Below are positions 31,163 through 40,870 of a DNA stretch of 64,000 bases, one piece after another. The position numbers and the translations under genes were made by a program. The DNA lies in contig CAZZHK010000007.1 of assembly GCA_964653725.1 (NCBI GenBank), positions 35,629 through 99,628 of the forward strand, written 5' to 3'. This stretch comes from an uncultured Planctomycetales bacterium. Lineage in GTDB: Bacteria; Planctomycetota; UBA1135; CAZZHK01. Every line of letters begins with the position of its first letter. Within the stretch, counting starts at the first letter, position 1. The notes below the pieces were generated by a model, which was given only the letters and a program-made list of their open reading frames with translations, was not told the DNA's origin and ran no database searches.

Positions 31163-32713
31163 ATGGAGACCACACCGGAACCGATCCCCGTCGTGCTGCC
31201 GGCCACCGGCGAGACCGAGCGGCACATCACACCCACGCCGATCGGTGATCTGCCCGGCCTCCTGGAGGCCGCCCGTGCAGCGCAGGCGTCCTGGGCCCGA
31301 GCCTCGCTGACCGACCGCAGCGTCGCGCTTCGCGGCGTCGTCACGACGCTGCGCGACGAGGCCGACCGCGTGGCGGACGCAATCCACCGCTTCAACGGCA
31401 AATCGGTCGGCGAGGCGCTGATCTCCGAGGTGTTTCCCACCCTGGCCGGCTACGACTTCTTCGCCCGTTGCGCGGCGCAGCACCTGGCCGACGAGCACGT
31501 GCCGCTCGCCGCCGTGCCCGGCGCCTATTCGCGTGTGATCCGCGAGCCGCTCGGTGTCATCGGAGTCATCGCCCCATGGAACTACCCCTTCCACCTCTCC
31601 CAGATGGATGTGCCCGCCGCGCTCATGGCCGGCAACGCGGTGATCATCAAGATGAGCGAGCACGCGGCGGGCATCGGCGAGGTGATCGTGGAGATCCTGG
31701 AGGCCGCGGACCTGCCGCGCGGTCTGGTCCAGGTGATCCAGGGCCGCGGCGACCTGGGCGAGGCGCTCATCGGGGCCGGCATCGACAAGGTCTGCTTCAC
31801 CGGCTCGACCACCACCGGCCGCGCGGTCTACGCCGCCGCGGCGCGAGCCATGATCCCGTGCACCCTGGAAATGGGCGGCAAGGACGCGGCGCTGGTGCTC
31901 GAGGACGCCGACCTGGAGGACGCCGCGGACGGCATCGTCTGGGCCGCGATGACCAATGCGGGCCAGGTGTGCGCCAGCATCGAGACGGTCCATGTCCCGC
32001 GGTCGACGCTGGACCCGTTCCTTGCCGCGGTCCAAGACCGCATGGACGCACTGGCGCCCGGCGAGGTCGGGCCGATGACGACCGGCTTCCAGCGCGACAA
32101 GGTCCTGGAGCAGGTCGACGAGGCACTCGCCCAGGGCGCCGCCATTGCTGCCGAGGGACCCGCCCCGGCTGCCCCCGACCGAAGCGTCACGCCGCAATTC
32201 CTGGTCGATGTCCCCGACCACGCCGCTCTGGCCGGCGAGGAGACGTTCGGGCCGGTTTGCGTGGTCCGTCCCTACGACGATCTGGAAGCAGCCGTGGCCG
32301 CCGTCAACGACTCCCCCTACGGGCTGACAGCCAGCGTCTGGACCGCCGACCGCGAGCACGGCGTGGCGCTCGCCCGCCTTCTGGAGGTCGGCACGGTGAC
32401 GATCAATGAGCACGTCATCACACCGGGCCTGGCCGAGGCGCCGTGGGCCGGCCAGAAGGAGAGCGGCCTGGGCGGAATCTCCCACAGCCACCTCTCGCTG
32501 GCGTCCTTCACGAAGGTGAAATACGTCTACCACGACCGCGGCCTGGTCCGGTTCCGCTTCTGGCGATTCCCCATGTCTGCCGAGAAGGTCGCCTGGTTCC
32601 GCGGCTACCTGCGCGGCGAATTCGCCAACAGCACCGCATCGCGATTGTGGCATCGGCTCAGAAACCTGCCTCGACTGCTTCTCGGAGGCCAACCTCGGGT
32701 AGATTTGAAGTAG
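31163..32713 (+). CDS. Aldehyde dehydrogenase family protein
   Basis: APWNYPF, the catalytic Glu in LEMGGKD, and the catalytic Cys in NAGQVCASIE are present. There is a C-terminal extension of about 60 aa. Confidence 0.9.
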   Translation: METTPEPIPVVLPATGETERHITPTPIGDLPGLLEAARAAQASWARASLTDRSVALRGVVTTLRDEADRVADAIHRFNGKSVGEALISEVFPTLAGYDFFARCAAQHLADEHVPLAAVPGAYSRVIREPLGVIGVIAPWNYPFHLSQMDVPAALMAGNAVIIKMSEHAAGIGEVIVEILEAADLPRGLVQVIQGRGDLGEALIGAGIDKVCFTGSTTTGRAVYAAAARAMIPCTLEMGGKDAALVLEDADLEDAADGIVWAAMTNAGQVCASIETVHVPRSTLDPFLAAVQDRMDALAPGEVGPMTTGFQRDKVLEQVDEALAQGAAIAAEGPAPAAPDRSVTPQFLVDVPDHAALAGEETFGPVCVVRPYDDLEAAVAAVNDSPYGLTASVWTADREHGVALARLLEVGTVTINEHVITPGLAEAPWAGQKESGLGGISHSHLSLASFTKVKYVYHDRGLVRFRFWRFPMSAEKVAWFRGYLRGEFANSTASRLWHRLRNLPRLLLGGQPRVDLK

Positions 32714-32757
32714 AGAGGCCACTTCGTTCAACTGGCGGGAGCGGGAGGCGAGAACTG

Positions 32758-35700
32758 ATGGCAGACACGACCGCCGCATCCAACACCCCCGCCCGGGGAC
32801 GCATTCCGGGCTGGCTCTGGGTCGTCCTGGCCGCCGCCATCGTGGTGTTCCTGTTCTGGTTCTTCCGCAGAAAGGCCAAGGCGGGCGTCGAATGGGAGAT
32901 GCACCCGATCGAGTTGACCTCGTCTCGCACTGTCTCCGGGCTGCCGACGACCTTGACGGTGCATGGCGGACCTCTTCAGCCGCTGGCCCGGTGGGTTGCC
33001 CTGTCCTTTACCGAAGGATTCCTGCAGCTGGATCCGAATGCGGCCCTGACTCCGGGGCAGCCGCTGATTGCTCCCAACCTGTTCGTCCTGCCAATGGCGG
33101 ACGCCTCCTGGACAGTCATGTCGCCGCCCGGCTTCGCTGCGATGCCGACCCTGTACGCTCGGGCGTTCGTCCAGGATCCGGACAACGCGGAATTCCCGGG
33201 GGACGCATGGTCCAGCAATACGCTGGCCCTCGATTGGATCACTGTGGGAGACGTCCAGGTCAGCGCGCCTCTTGTCGACGACTCGCTGTCTGGAGGCATC
33301 CAGGTCACCTTCACCGAGGACGCGGGCGTCACCAGGTGGGGTGAACCGGTCACCTTCGGTGTTCCCATTGCGCTGGCCGACGGCCTGACCGACCTCGAGG
33401 ATCTGGAACTGGTCACCGACGCTGGGCTGCCCCTGCCGGTCGACTTCACTGTGGCCACCAGGTGGGGCAACCTGTTCGATTCCAGCGCCCCGGTGCAGTG
33501 GCTGCATGCCCATACGCGCGTCACCGTCGGGCCCGACGCCACGACCCATGCCGTTCTCAGGCGCCGTTCGGGTGCCATTGACCCGGTGGACCACCTCTAC
33601 TCGCCGGTGTCCCTCAGCCAGATCGAGGACCTGCTGGTCGTTGAAACCGGTGCTGCACGGTTCGAGATCGACCTGGCCGAGTTCGACGGGTTCGAGGATG
33701 TCTATGTCGACCGCAATGTCAGCGGTTCATTCTCGTCCGACGAGAAGGTCGCTTCGTCGATTCCCTCCAGCGGCGCCTGGATCACCGACTCCCTGGGGGT
33801 TGAATACAGTTCCCGCTATTTTCCCAGCACACTCACGGTCGAGCAGCACGGCATGGGTTTCACACGGATCGCCATCGAAGGCGAGCACCACGCGAAGTTT
33901 GGCGGCATCGGTCGCGACTTCCTTCGCACCACCACGAGGATGACCTTCGTGCACGGATCCAGCGACGTGCGTGTGCGGCACACGGTGCGAAACGACTACC
34001 TGGCCAGCCCGCTGGGCCCGGTCGCATTCGACGCCTACCGTCTGGAGTGGGGACCGGTGGGGCTGGATACGGTCACCGCCTCGATCGGAGGCGAAAACGT
34101 GGCGGAGGGCGGTGACGGATCAGTCCACTCTGAGGTCCTTGCCACCTCCCAGGGCATCCGCATCTACCAGGACTCCAGTGGCGGAACCAAGTACCCCGAT
34201 GACCAGGGGCATGACGAGAAGAGGAAGGAGATGCAGGCCGGATGGATCACCTTCCAGGGCTATCGCCGCAACCACACGTCCGATGGAACGGTCGGCGGCC
34301 TGATCGACTCGGGCCTGCATGCGGAAGGATTCGTGGCGGCCGGCACGGCGACCGGTTCCCTGGTCGTGGCCATGCGGGACTTCTGGGAGAGCTACCCCAA
34401 GGCCCTGGAAGTGGACGCCAACGGAGCGTCGACGGTCGAGATTTGGCCGGCCGAGTGGGGCGGCGTGCACTGGATCGACGACGCGACCCAGAAGACCACC
34501 GACATCCTGCTGGCCTATTCGGGCAACCCCCTGGCCCCCGGCGCGGACCGGGCCAAATGGCTGGTGGCCGAACACCCGCTGCTCGCCGTCCTGGACCGCC
34601 CCTACGTGGCCGCGACCGGTGCCTGGGCCGACCTGGGCGATCTGCCCATGGCCCCCGTGGTCGAGACCGCCAACATCGACGCCACGGCAGCCGACTACGC
34701 AGCCGCCCTCTACAAGGCACGGGACCTCACGGACGATTGGGGCTGGTGGGTCTTCGGCGAATCCTGGTACACGATGTGGTCCCAGCGGCACGGCACCAAC
34801 CGCAACAAACTCTCCTTTTTCAACACGTGGCTCCAGACCGGGCACCGGACCTATTGGGACCGCGCGGCGGACTTTGCCCGCCATTCGATGGACGTACGCC
34901 CCTTCCACCTGGAAGGCTTCTATGCCACCGACTGGCCGTTTCCCAACCAGGGGGGGCCCTATCTGTACTACGGCACCCCTTTCAACCTGCCGGACACGCT
35001 GTACGCGGACTCGAAGAACGAGAGCTTCGGCCGTTACGACCTCTACGATCTGGGCACCTACGAGGAGCACCGCTCCGCCATCCCCGTCAAGTTGACGGGC
35101 GGAGGCAAGAGCAAGCACGGCGATCTGTCACCAGGCGCCAAGGACATCATTCCTCAGACTCACGGATACGTGAGCGGCTTCGACTACCAGCACTTCGTCG
35201 TGGACGACATGTACGAGTATTGGCTTCTGTCCGGTGACCCCATCGCCATTGACGCGCTCGAACACGTGGCCCAGGCACTTATGACCTGGCACTACACGAA
35301 CGAGCCGTCAGGCGTCACGGGCACTCCCGCCTGGCAGGAATCGCCCTACACGTATGAGCAGGGCATCCCGCACGGCAACTACGACCTGACAGCCGCTCGG
35401 GGCATGGGCTGGACGCTGCGGGGGCTGATCCAGTGCTACAAGGTCACCGGGGACTTCCTTCTCCTGGACGGCATGGCCCAGCTGGTGGAAAGCATGGAAA
35501 TGAACCGGGGCCCCTACGAGGTCACGGGACTGGCCGAGGACGGCTGGCTCGTGGACCAGCGGTTCATCGGCAACAAGAAGTTCGACATCGACGGCGACGG
35601 CATATTCGATGCCCAGATGGACCACGAGGTGCCCTGGCAGATGGGCTCGGCGCTGATGGGCCTGGCCGCGTATCGCAATCTGCTGGCCTTCGTGGATGCC

Positions 35701-36207
35701 CCACCCGACGGCGAGATTCTCAAGATCGACAACATGCTGGTGGCGGCCGGTGACTTCCTGGTGGACGCGGCCTGGCAGCCGAGTACGCAGGACCCTCCGG
35801 ATATGAATGCGAAGGGCTATTTCCCCGGCGCCGTCCATGTCAGCACCAAGGGCGACGAATTGGCGGCCTCAGGAGACAACAGCGGCTGCGATTCCGAGGA
35901 GATCTACCATTCCCGGCCCGACATCTTCAGCCTGCCTTGGACCAATTCGAAACAGGAGGTGGACTGGAACAGCGCGATTCCGCTGGGCTACCAGACAGTC
36001 TCCGGCCTGGCCGCCGTCGCCCGGATCACAGGCGACTCGAAGTACCTGGAGCCCGGGCTGACCATCCTTTCCCACGCCCAGCAGAAGGGCACGTTCTCCA
36101 TCAACGACTTCAAGAACTGGCACTGGTGGAACACCTACCTGACGGTTTCCGCGTCCTTCGGAATGGTGGATCCGGCCACCGGCTCGCTCCTCGTCGCCCC
36201 GCAGTAG
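32758..36207 (+). CDS. 1149-aa N-terminally membrane-anchored protein of unknown function
   Basis: Start taken as the ATG at 32758 (MADTTAAS...), after the ALDH stop. A single TM segment (GWLWVVLAAAIVVFLFWFF) is present. Coding-like GC3 runs for 3.4 kb. I cannot assign a family with confidence. A polysaccharide-lyase-like beta-sandwich plus alpha/alpha-toroid layout is only a guess. Confidence 0.7.
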   Translation: MADTTAASNTPARGRIPGWLWVVLAAAIVVFLFWFFRRKAKAGVEWEMHPIELTSSRTVSGLPTTLTVHGGPLQPLARWVALSFTEGFLQLDPNAALTPGQPLIAPNLFVLPMADASWTVMSPPGFAAMPTLYARAFVQDPDNAEFPGDAWSSNTLALDWITVGDVQVSAPLVDDSLSGGIQVTFTEDAGVTRWGEPVTFGVPIALADGLTDLEDLELVTDAGLPLPVDFTVATRWGNLFDSSAPVQWLHAHTRVTVGPDATTHAVLRRRSGAIDPVDHLYSPVSLSQIEDLLVVETGAARFEIDLAEFDGFEDVYVDRNVSGSFSSDEKVASSIPSSGAWITDSLGVEYSSRYFPSTLTVEQHGMGFTRIAIEGEHHAKFGGIGRDFLRTTTRMTFVHGSSDVRVRHTVRNDYLASPLGPVAFDAYRLEWGPVGLDTVTASIGGENVAEGGDGSVHSEVLATSQGIRIYQDSSGGTKYPDDQGHDEKRKEMQAGWITFQGYRRNHTSDGTVGGLIDSGLHAEGFVAAGTATGSLVVAMRDFWESYPKALEVDANGASTVEIWPAEWGGVHWIDDATQKTTDILLAYSGNPLAPGADRAKWLVAEHPLLAVLDRPYVAATGAWADLGDLPMAPVVETANIDATAADYAAALYKARDLTDDWGWWVFGESWYTMWSQRHGTNRNKLSFFNTWLQTGHRTYWDRAADFARHSMDVRPFHLEGFYATDWPFPNQGGPYLYYGTPFNLPDTLYADSKNESFGRYDLYDLGTYEEHRSAIPVKLTGGGKSKHGDLSPGAKDIIPQTHGYVSGFDYQHFVVDDMYEYWLLSGDPIAIDALEHVAQALMTWHYTNEPSGVTGTPAWQESPYTYEQGIPHGNYDLTAARGMGWTLRGLIQCYKVTGDFLLLDGMAQLVESMEMNRGPYEVTGLAEDGWLVDQRFIGNKKFDIDGDGIFDAQMDHEVPWQMGSALMGLAAYRNLLAFVDAPPDGEILKIDNMLVAAGDFLVDAAWQPSTQDPPDMNAKGYFPGAVHVSTKGDELAASGDNSGCDSEEIYHSRPDIFSLPWTNSKQEVDWNSAIPLGYQTVSGLAAVARITGDSKYLEPGLTILSHAQQKGTFSINDFKNWHWWNTYLTVSASFGMVDPATGSLLVAPQ

Positions 36208-36228
36208 GCGGACCGTCTGCCCGCCGAC

Positions 36229-36504
36229 GTGCTCTCGATCGGCGGCCAACTGGCCTGCGGGGACGACGGCGAATTGGGCTCCGTGCTGCTGCTGGCCCGG
36301 AAGAAAGAGGCGGCCCCTGTCATCCTCGTGTCGCTCGTGACCATGGTGATCACGGCCATCCGCAACTACGGCTTCGACTTCGATCGCACGTGGAATTACA
36401 TGGACGGGGCCGTCGGCGCCATTTGGACAGTCGTCATCTTCGTTGTGGCCCTGTCGCTGTACCTCTACTCGCGCCGGATGGCTGAGCGCGGCATCCTCGC
36501 CTGA
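36229..36504 (+). CDS. Small two-TM membrane protein
   Basis: GC3 is high. The hydrophobic segments are PVILVSLVTMVITAI and AIWTVVIFVVALSLYLY. The start is uncertain (GTG at 36229 or an internal ATG). Confidence 0.5.
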   Translation: MLSIGGQLACGDDGELGSVLLLARKKEAAPVILVSLVTMVITAIRNYGFDFDRTWNYMDGAVGAIWTVVIFVVALSLYLYSRRMAERGILA

Positions 36505-36508
36505 CCCG

Positions 36509-37591
36509 TCATCCGACTGCGACCAGGTCGCGGTGCAGGAACCGGTGGAACAGGTGCTCGCCGATCTCGAGCCGCGGCGCGTAGCGTCCGCACTCGTAGC
36601 CGCTTGAGGCCAGCCCCCGCTGGACAGACTCGCAGATCGAGGTGTCCTCGCGCTGGACCTGGGCGCTCTGATCCATGCTGGAGGCGAAGGCGGCGTCGTC
36701 GACTTCGGGAGACGCAAAGAACTCGTAGCGCACCTCGCACCGGCCCGGGCCCAGGGGCACCACCTGGTTGGCGTCCAGGAACGGCCCGTAGCGGTTCAGC
36801 ATCAGGTTCGGGTGGATCCACAGATAGCGGGCCAACCCGCCGATCCGTGCGCTCCCACCGCCCGCCGGCGAAACCGTCTGGAGGCAGGACTCGCCGCGGA
36901 TCTCCGTCGCGTAGGTCTCCATGTCCAGACTGGCGGCCAGTCCCGGGTGCATGTGGGCGACGTGATAGCCGCCGTCCAGGTAGTTGTCGACGACGACCTT
37001 CCAGTTGCAGGCCAGCGTCCAGCTCCGCGCGCCTCGAAACGACAGGTCGCTCCACAGGTCACCTCCCAGCACGTCATCCACCACGGCCATGTGGTCAGCG
37101 AGCGGCGGCGCGCCTTCCCGGGTGTGCAGAAAGGCCCATGGGCCCCACTGATCGACAGTGAGCGCCTTCAGGCACATGGCATCCCGGTCGAAATCCTCGA
37201 CACCCCCCATCCCCGGCGCGCTCCTCAGCCGTCCGTCGAGGCCGTAGGTCCAGCCGTGGTAGCCGCAGACCAGTTCTCCTGCATCGACCTTTCCTGACCC
37301 CGCCGCCACCTCTCGACCCTTGTGCCGGCAGGTGTTGTGGAACGCTGCCAGGCCGCCGTCCGGCTGCCGCACCACCACCCAGGGCTCGCCACCCAGGACG
37401 CCCGCCGTGAACGACCCGACCTTCGCCAGATCCGACAGCCGCGCCACCGGCTGCCAGGCCCGTCCCCACACCGCATGCTGTTCGGCGGCGTGCATGGCGT
37501 CGGACGTGTACCAGGACGAAGGGGGCGTCCAGGCGCGCTCGATGGGCACCTCAGGATCGAAGCCCGCCACCATGCGCTCCACGTCGTCCAT
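36509..37591 (-). CDS. Rieske [2Fe-2S] non-haem iron oxygenase, alpha-subunit type
   Basis: The Rieske motif is CRHKG...CGYHGW. The mononuclear-iron region is NWKVVVDNYLDGGYHVAHMHPG. Confidence 0.85.
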   Translation of the reverse strand: MDDVERMVAGFDPEVPIERAWTPPSSWYTSDAMHAAEQHAVWGRAWQPVARLSDLAKVGSFTAGVLGGEPWVVVRQPDGGLAAFHNTCRHKGREVAAGSGKVDAGELVCGYHGWTYGLDGRLRSAPGMGGVEDFDRDAMCLKALTVDQWGPWAFLHTREGAPPLADHMAVVDDVLGGDLWSDLSFRGARSWTLACNWKVVVDNYLDGGYHVAHMHPGLAASLDMETYATEIRGESCLQTVSPAGGGSARIGGLARYLWIHPNLMLNRYGPFLDANQVVPLGPGRCEVRYEFFASPEVDDAAFASSMDQSAQVQREDTSICESVQRGLASSGYECGRYAPRLEIGEHLFHRFLHRDLVAVG

Positions 37592-37637
37592 GCCCTGATC
37601 CTAGGCGACCGTCAGGCGCTACCTTGGGGCCATCAGC

Positions 37638-38534
37638 ATGTCGAAGCGTGTGCTCGTGACCGGTGCCGGCGGCCTTGTGGGCGGTGCCCTGTGCCGCTCG
37701 CTGGAGCAGGACGGCATTGAGGTCCACCGGCTGGTCAGGCACGAGCCGGCGGGGCCGGCCGAGCATCGCTGGGATCCCGCCGCAGGCACCTTCGACGCGA
37801 CGGACATCCGGGTCGACGCCGTCGTGCACCTGGCAGGCGAGAGCATTGCGGAGGGGCGCTGGACGGCGGCCAAGAAGGCCCGCATCCGGGACAGCCGCGT
37901 GGACGGCACGAGGCTGCTGTGCGAAGGGCTGGCGGGGATGGACACGCCGCCCGGCGCGCTGGTCTGCGCCTCGGCGATCGGCTTCTACGGCGACCGGGGC
38001 GACGACGTGCTGGACGAGACTTCTGCCCAGGGCGGGGGATTCCTGGCGGAGGTGTGCGGCGCCTGGGAGGCTGCCGCGGACCCGGTCCGCGCGGCCGGCC
38101 TGCGCGTGGTCCATCTGCGCCTGGGCGTGGTGCTGGACGGCAGCGGAGGTGCGCTGGCCAAGATGCTCACCCCGTTCCGGCTGGGCGTCGGCGGGCGCAT
38201 CGGCTCGGGCCGGCAGTTCATGAGCTGGATCACGCTGGATGACCTGGTCCAAGTGATCCGGCACGCTCTCGACTCGGACGCTCTGGCCGGCCCGGTGAAC
38301 GCGGTCGCGCCCGGGGCGCTCACCAACGCCGAGTTCACGAAGGCCCTGGGCCGGGCCCTCCGCCGGCCCACGATCTTCCCCCTGCCAGGGCCCGTGGCCC
38401 GGCTGGTGATGGGCGAGATGGCCCAGGAGCTGCTGCTGGCCAGCACCCGCGTCTCCCCCACCGCCCTCGAGGCTGCTGACTTCCCGTTCCGCCACCCCGA
38501 CATCAATACCGCCCTCGCCGCCGTCCTGGACTGA
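37638..38534 (+). CDS. TIGR01777/YfcH-type epimerase-family protein (SDR with DUF1731-like C-terminus)
   Basis: VLVTGAGGLVGGAL, GSGRQFMSWITLDD and the C-terminal FPFRHPDI are present. Confidence 0.85.
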   Translation: MSKRVLVTGAGGLVGGALCRSLEQDGIEVHRLVRHEPAGPAEHRWDPAAGTFDATDIRVDAVVHLAGESIAEGRWTAAKKARIRDSRVDGTRLLCEGLAGMDTPPGALVCASAIGFYGDRGDDVLDETSAQGGGFLAEVCGAWEAAADPVRAAGLRVVHLRLGVVLDGSGGALAKMLTPFRLGVGGRIGSGRQFMSWITLDDLVQVIRHALDSDALAGPVNAVAPGALTNAEFTKALGRALRRPTIFPLPGPVARLVMGEMAQELLLASTRVSPTALEAADFPFRHPDINTALAAVLD

Positions 38535-38539
38535 CTCCC

Positions 38540-38848
38540 GTGACCAACCAGGACAATCGTTCGGCGTATTGGGCGGCGCACCTGCGCCTGCTGGGGTGGC
38601 TGTTGGGCGTTTGGGCGTTCGTCTCCTTCGGCTGCAGCATCCTGCTGCGCGATCTCCTCGACCTGATCCGCATCCCCGGGACCGGCTTCCGGCTCGGCTT
38701 CTGGTTCGCGCAGCAGGGGTCGATCTACGTCTTCGTGGCGCTGATCTTCGTCTACGCGCACCGCATGAACGCGCTCGACGCCAAGTTCGGGGTCTCTGAA
38801 CAGGACCAGGCACCGGATCAGGACACGGAAGGCAGCGGCGCGGATTGA
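38540..38848 (+). CDS. DUF4212 small subunit of a sodium:solute symporter
   Basis: YWAAHLRLLGWLLGVWAFVSFG...GFWFAQQGSIYVFVALIFVYA. It sits directly upstream of, and overlaps, the symporter gene. Confidence 0.8.
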   Translation: MTNQDNRSAYWAAHLRLLGWLLGVWAFVSFGCSILLRDLLDLIRIPGTGFRLGFWFAQQGSIYVFVALIFVYAHRMNALDAKFGVSEQDQAPDQDTEGSGAD

Positions 38849-40509
38849 CGGTCCAGGGCTGGACCTTCCTGATCGTCGGGTTGAGCTTCGCGCTCTACAT
38901 CGGCATCGCGCTGCTGTCGCGGGCGCGATCCACGTCCGAGTTCTATGTGGCCGGGGCCCATGTGCCGCCGGTGGCCAACGGCATGGCGACCGCCGCCGAC
39001 TGGATGAGCGCCGCGTCCTTCATCTCGATGGCCGGCCTGATCTCGTTCATGGGCTACGACGGCTCGGTCTACCTGCTGGGCTGGACCGGCGGCTACGTGT
39101 TGCTGGCGCTGCTGCTGGCCCCCTACCTGCGCAAGTTCGGCAAGTTCACGGTCCCGGAGTTCATCGGCGAGCGTTACCACTCGCAGACGGCGCGGATCGT
39201 GGCGGTCATCTGCGCGCTGTTCGTGTCGTTCACCTATGTGGCGGGCCAGATGCGCGGGGTCGGGATCGTCTTCAGCCGCTTCCTGGAGGTCGATATCACG
39301 CATGGCGTGATGATCGGGATGGGGATCGTGTTCCTGTACGCCGTGTTGGGCGGCATGAAGGGCATCACCTACACGCAGGTCGCCCAATACTGCGTGCTGA
39401 TCTTCGCGTACATGGTGCCGGCGATCTTCCTGTCGCTGATGCTGGCCGGGACTTGGGTCCCGCAGTGGGGCTTCGGCGGCGCGGGCGCGGACGGCGTCTT
39501 CCTGCTGGACCGGCTCGACGGGCTGCACTCGGATCTCGGCTTCGCGCCCTACACGGACGGCACCAAGGGCACGATCGACGTTCTGGCGATCACCGCGGCG
39601 CTGATGGTCGGCACCGCCGGGCTCCCCCACGTGATCGTCCGCTTCTACACGGTGCCGCGCGTGGCCGACGCGCGCCGCTCGGTGGGATGGGCGCTGGTGT
39701 TCATCGCGCTGCTCTACACCACCGCACCGGCGGTCGCGGTCTTCGCACGCACCAACCTGCTCGAGACCGTGGCCGACCGGCCGTACGAGGACATGCCCGA
39801 GTGGTTCGGGCGCTGGGAGGAGACCGGGCTGCTCGAGTTCCAGGACAAGAACGGCGATGGCCGCATCCAGTACGTGGGTGACGAGGCCGCCAACGAGTTG
39901 ACCATCAACCGAGACATCATGGTCCTGGCCAACCCTGAGATCGCCCGGCTGCCCAACTGGGTCGTGGGCCTGGTGGCCGCAGGCGGTCTGGCCGCCGCAC
40001 TATCGACGGCTGCGGGCCTGCTGCTCGTGATCTCTTCCTCGATCAGCCACGACCTGCTGAAGGGGACGCTGGCGAAATCCCTGAGCCCACGGCGCGAGCT
40101 GATGGCGGCGCGCTGCGCGGCGGCCGGTGGCGTCGTCATCGCCGGCTGGTTCGGCGTCCATCCGCCCGGGTTTGTCGCCCAGGTGGTGGCCTTCGCCTTC
40201 GGCCTGGCCGCCTCGACCCTGTTCCCCGCACTGCTGCTGGGGATCTTCACCAAGCGCGCCACCCGCGAGGGCGCCATCTGCGGGATGCTCGCCGGGCTGG
40301 CCTTCACCGCCGGCTACATCGTCGCCTTCAAGTTCATTGCGCCGGAAATGAACACGCCAGAGCACTGGCTGCTGGGCATCTCGCCCGAGGGCATCGGAAT
40401 CATCGGCATGGCGGTCAACTTCGCGGTCGCGCTGCTGGTCTCGCGCTTCTCGCCCCCCACGCCGCCCCATATCCACGACCTCGTCGACCGCATCCGCACC
40501 CCCGGCTGA
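38845..40509 (+). CDS. Sodium:solute symporter family permease (ActP/VC_2705-like large subunit)
   Basis: A TTG start at 38845 overlaps the DUF4212 stop. The protein is 554 aa and multi-pass. SSS-type segments are present (GGMKGITYTQVAQY, TAGLPHVIVRFYT). Confidence 0.9.
   Translation: MTVQGWTFLIVGLSFALYIGIALLSRARSTSEFYVAGAHVPPVANGMATAADWMSAASFISMAGLISFMGYDGSVYLLGWTGGYVLLALLLAPYLRKFGKFTVPEFIGERYHSQTARIVAVICALFVSFTYVAGQMRGVGIVFSRFLEVDITHGVMIGMGIVFLYAVLGGMKGITYTQVAQYCVLIFAYMVPAIFLSLMLAGTWVPQWGFGGAGADGVFLLDRLDGLHSDLGFAPYTDGTKGTIDVLAITAALMVGTAGLPHVIVRFYTVPRVADARRSVGWALVFIALLYTTAPAVAVFARTNLLETVADRPYEDMPEWFGRWEETGLLEFQDKNGDGRIQYVGDEAANELTINRDIMVLANPEIARLPNWVVGLVAAGGLAAALSTAAGLLLVISSSISHDLLKGTLAKSLSPRRELMAARCAAAGGVVIAGWFGVHPPGFVAQVVAFAFGLAASTLFPALLLGIFTKRATREGAICGMLAGLAFTAGYIVAFKFIAPEMNTPEHWLLGISPEGIGIIGMAVNFAVALLVSRFSPPTPPHIHDLVDRIRTPG
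40471..40509. repeat. Direct repeat A1: last 39 nt of the symporter gene, including its stop
   Basis: atccacgacctcgtcgaccgcatccgcacccccggctga matches 47310..47348 at 38 of 39 positions. Confidence 0.9.
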
Positions 40510-40531
40510 CCGCCCTGCGCCTGCTGGCCGT

Positions 40532-40663
40532 TTAGGTCGCGGCGGAGAGGAGGATGCTCAGGTCATGGGGCGGCAGGCAGAGCCACACCCGGCCGTGGGT
40601 GTCGAAGCGCTGGCGCCCGAACTCGTGCATCCTGCGCGCCAGCGGGGCGTAGCCCCCCTGCCC
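40532..40663 (-). pseudogene. Remnant of the 3' end of an unidentified gene
   Basis: A 43-codon open stretch has strongly coding-like GC3 (...GYAPLARRMHEFGRQRFDTHGRVWLCLPPHDLSILLSAAT*). An in-frame TAG lies immediately upstream and there is no plausible start. Confidence 0.25.
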
Positions 40664-40870
40664 CTACAGGGGGTCGGGGACTAACAGGGAGATGGGCACT
40701 GCAAATGGGGGCAGGTCATCGAGTCGTCTCGGTGAGCCTGGCAATGAGTTCGCGCCGGGTATCGCGATCGCGACCAGCGAGCATGTGAACTTGTGGTATC
40801 GGCCTGTGAGACGCGCTCCCGGTAGCTCACATCGTGGGCCAAGGGGCTCTGTGCTCCGGGTGGCTGCCCC

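Noticed and set aside
30723-31440. ORFs 30723..31310+ and 30829..31440- in or near the FIST-ALDH gap
   Set aside because: The translations are Arg/Pro-rich and partly antisense to the aldehyde dehydrogenase. There are no motifs.
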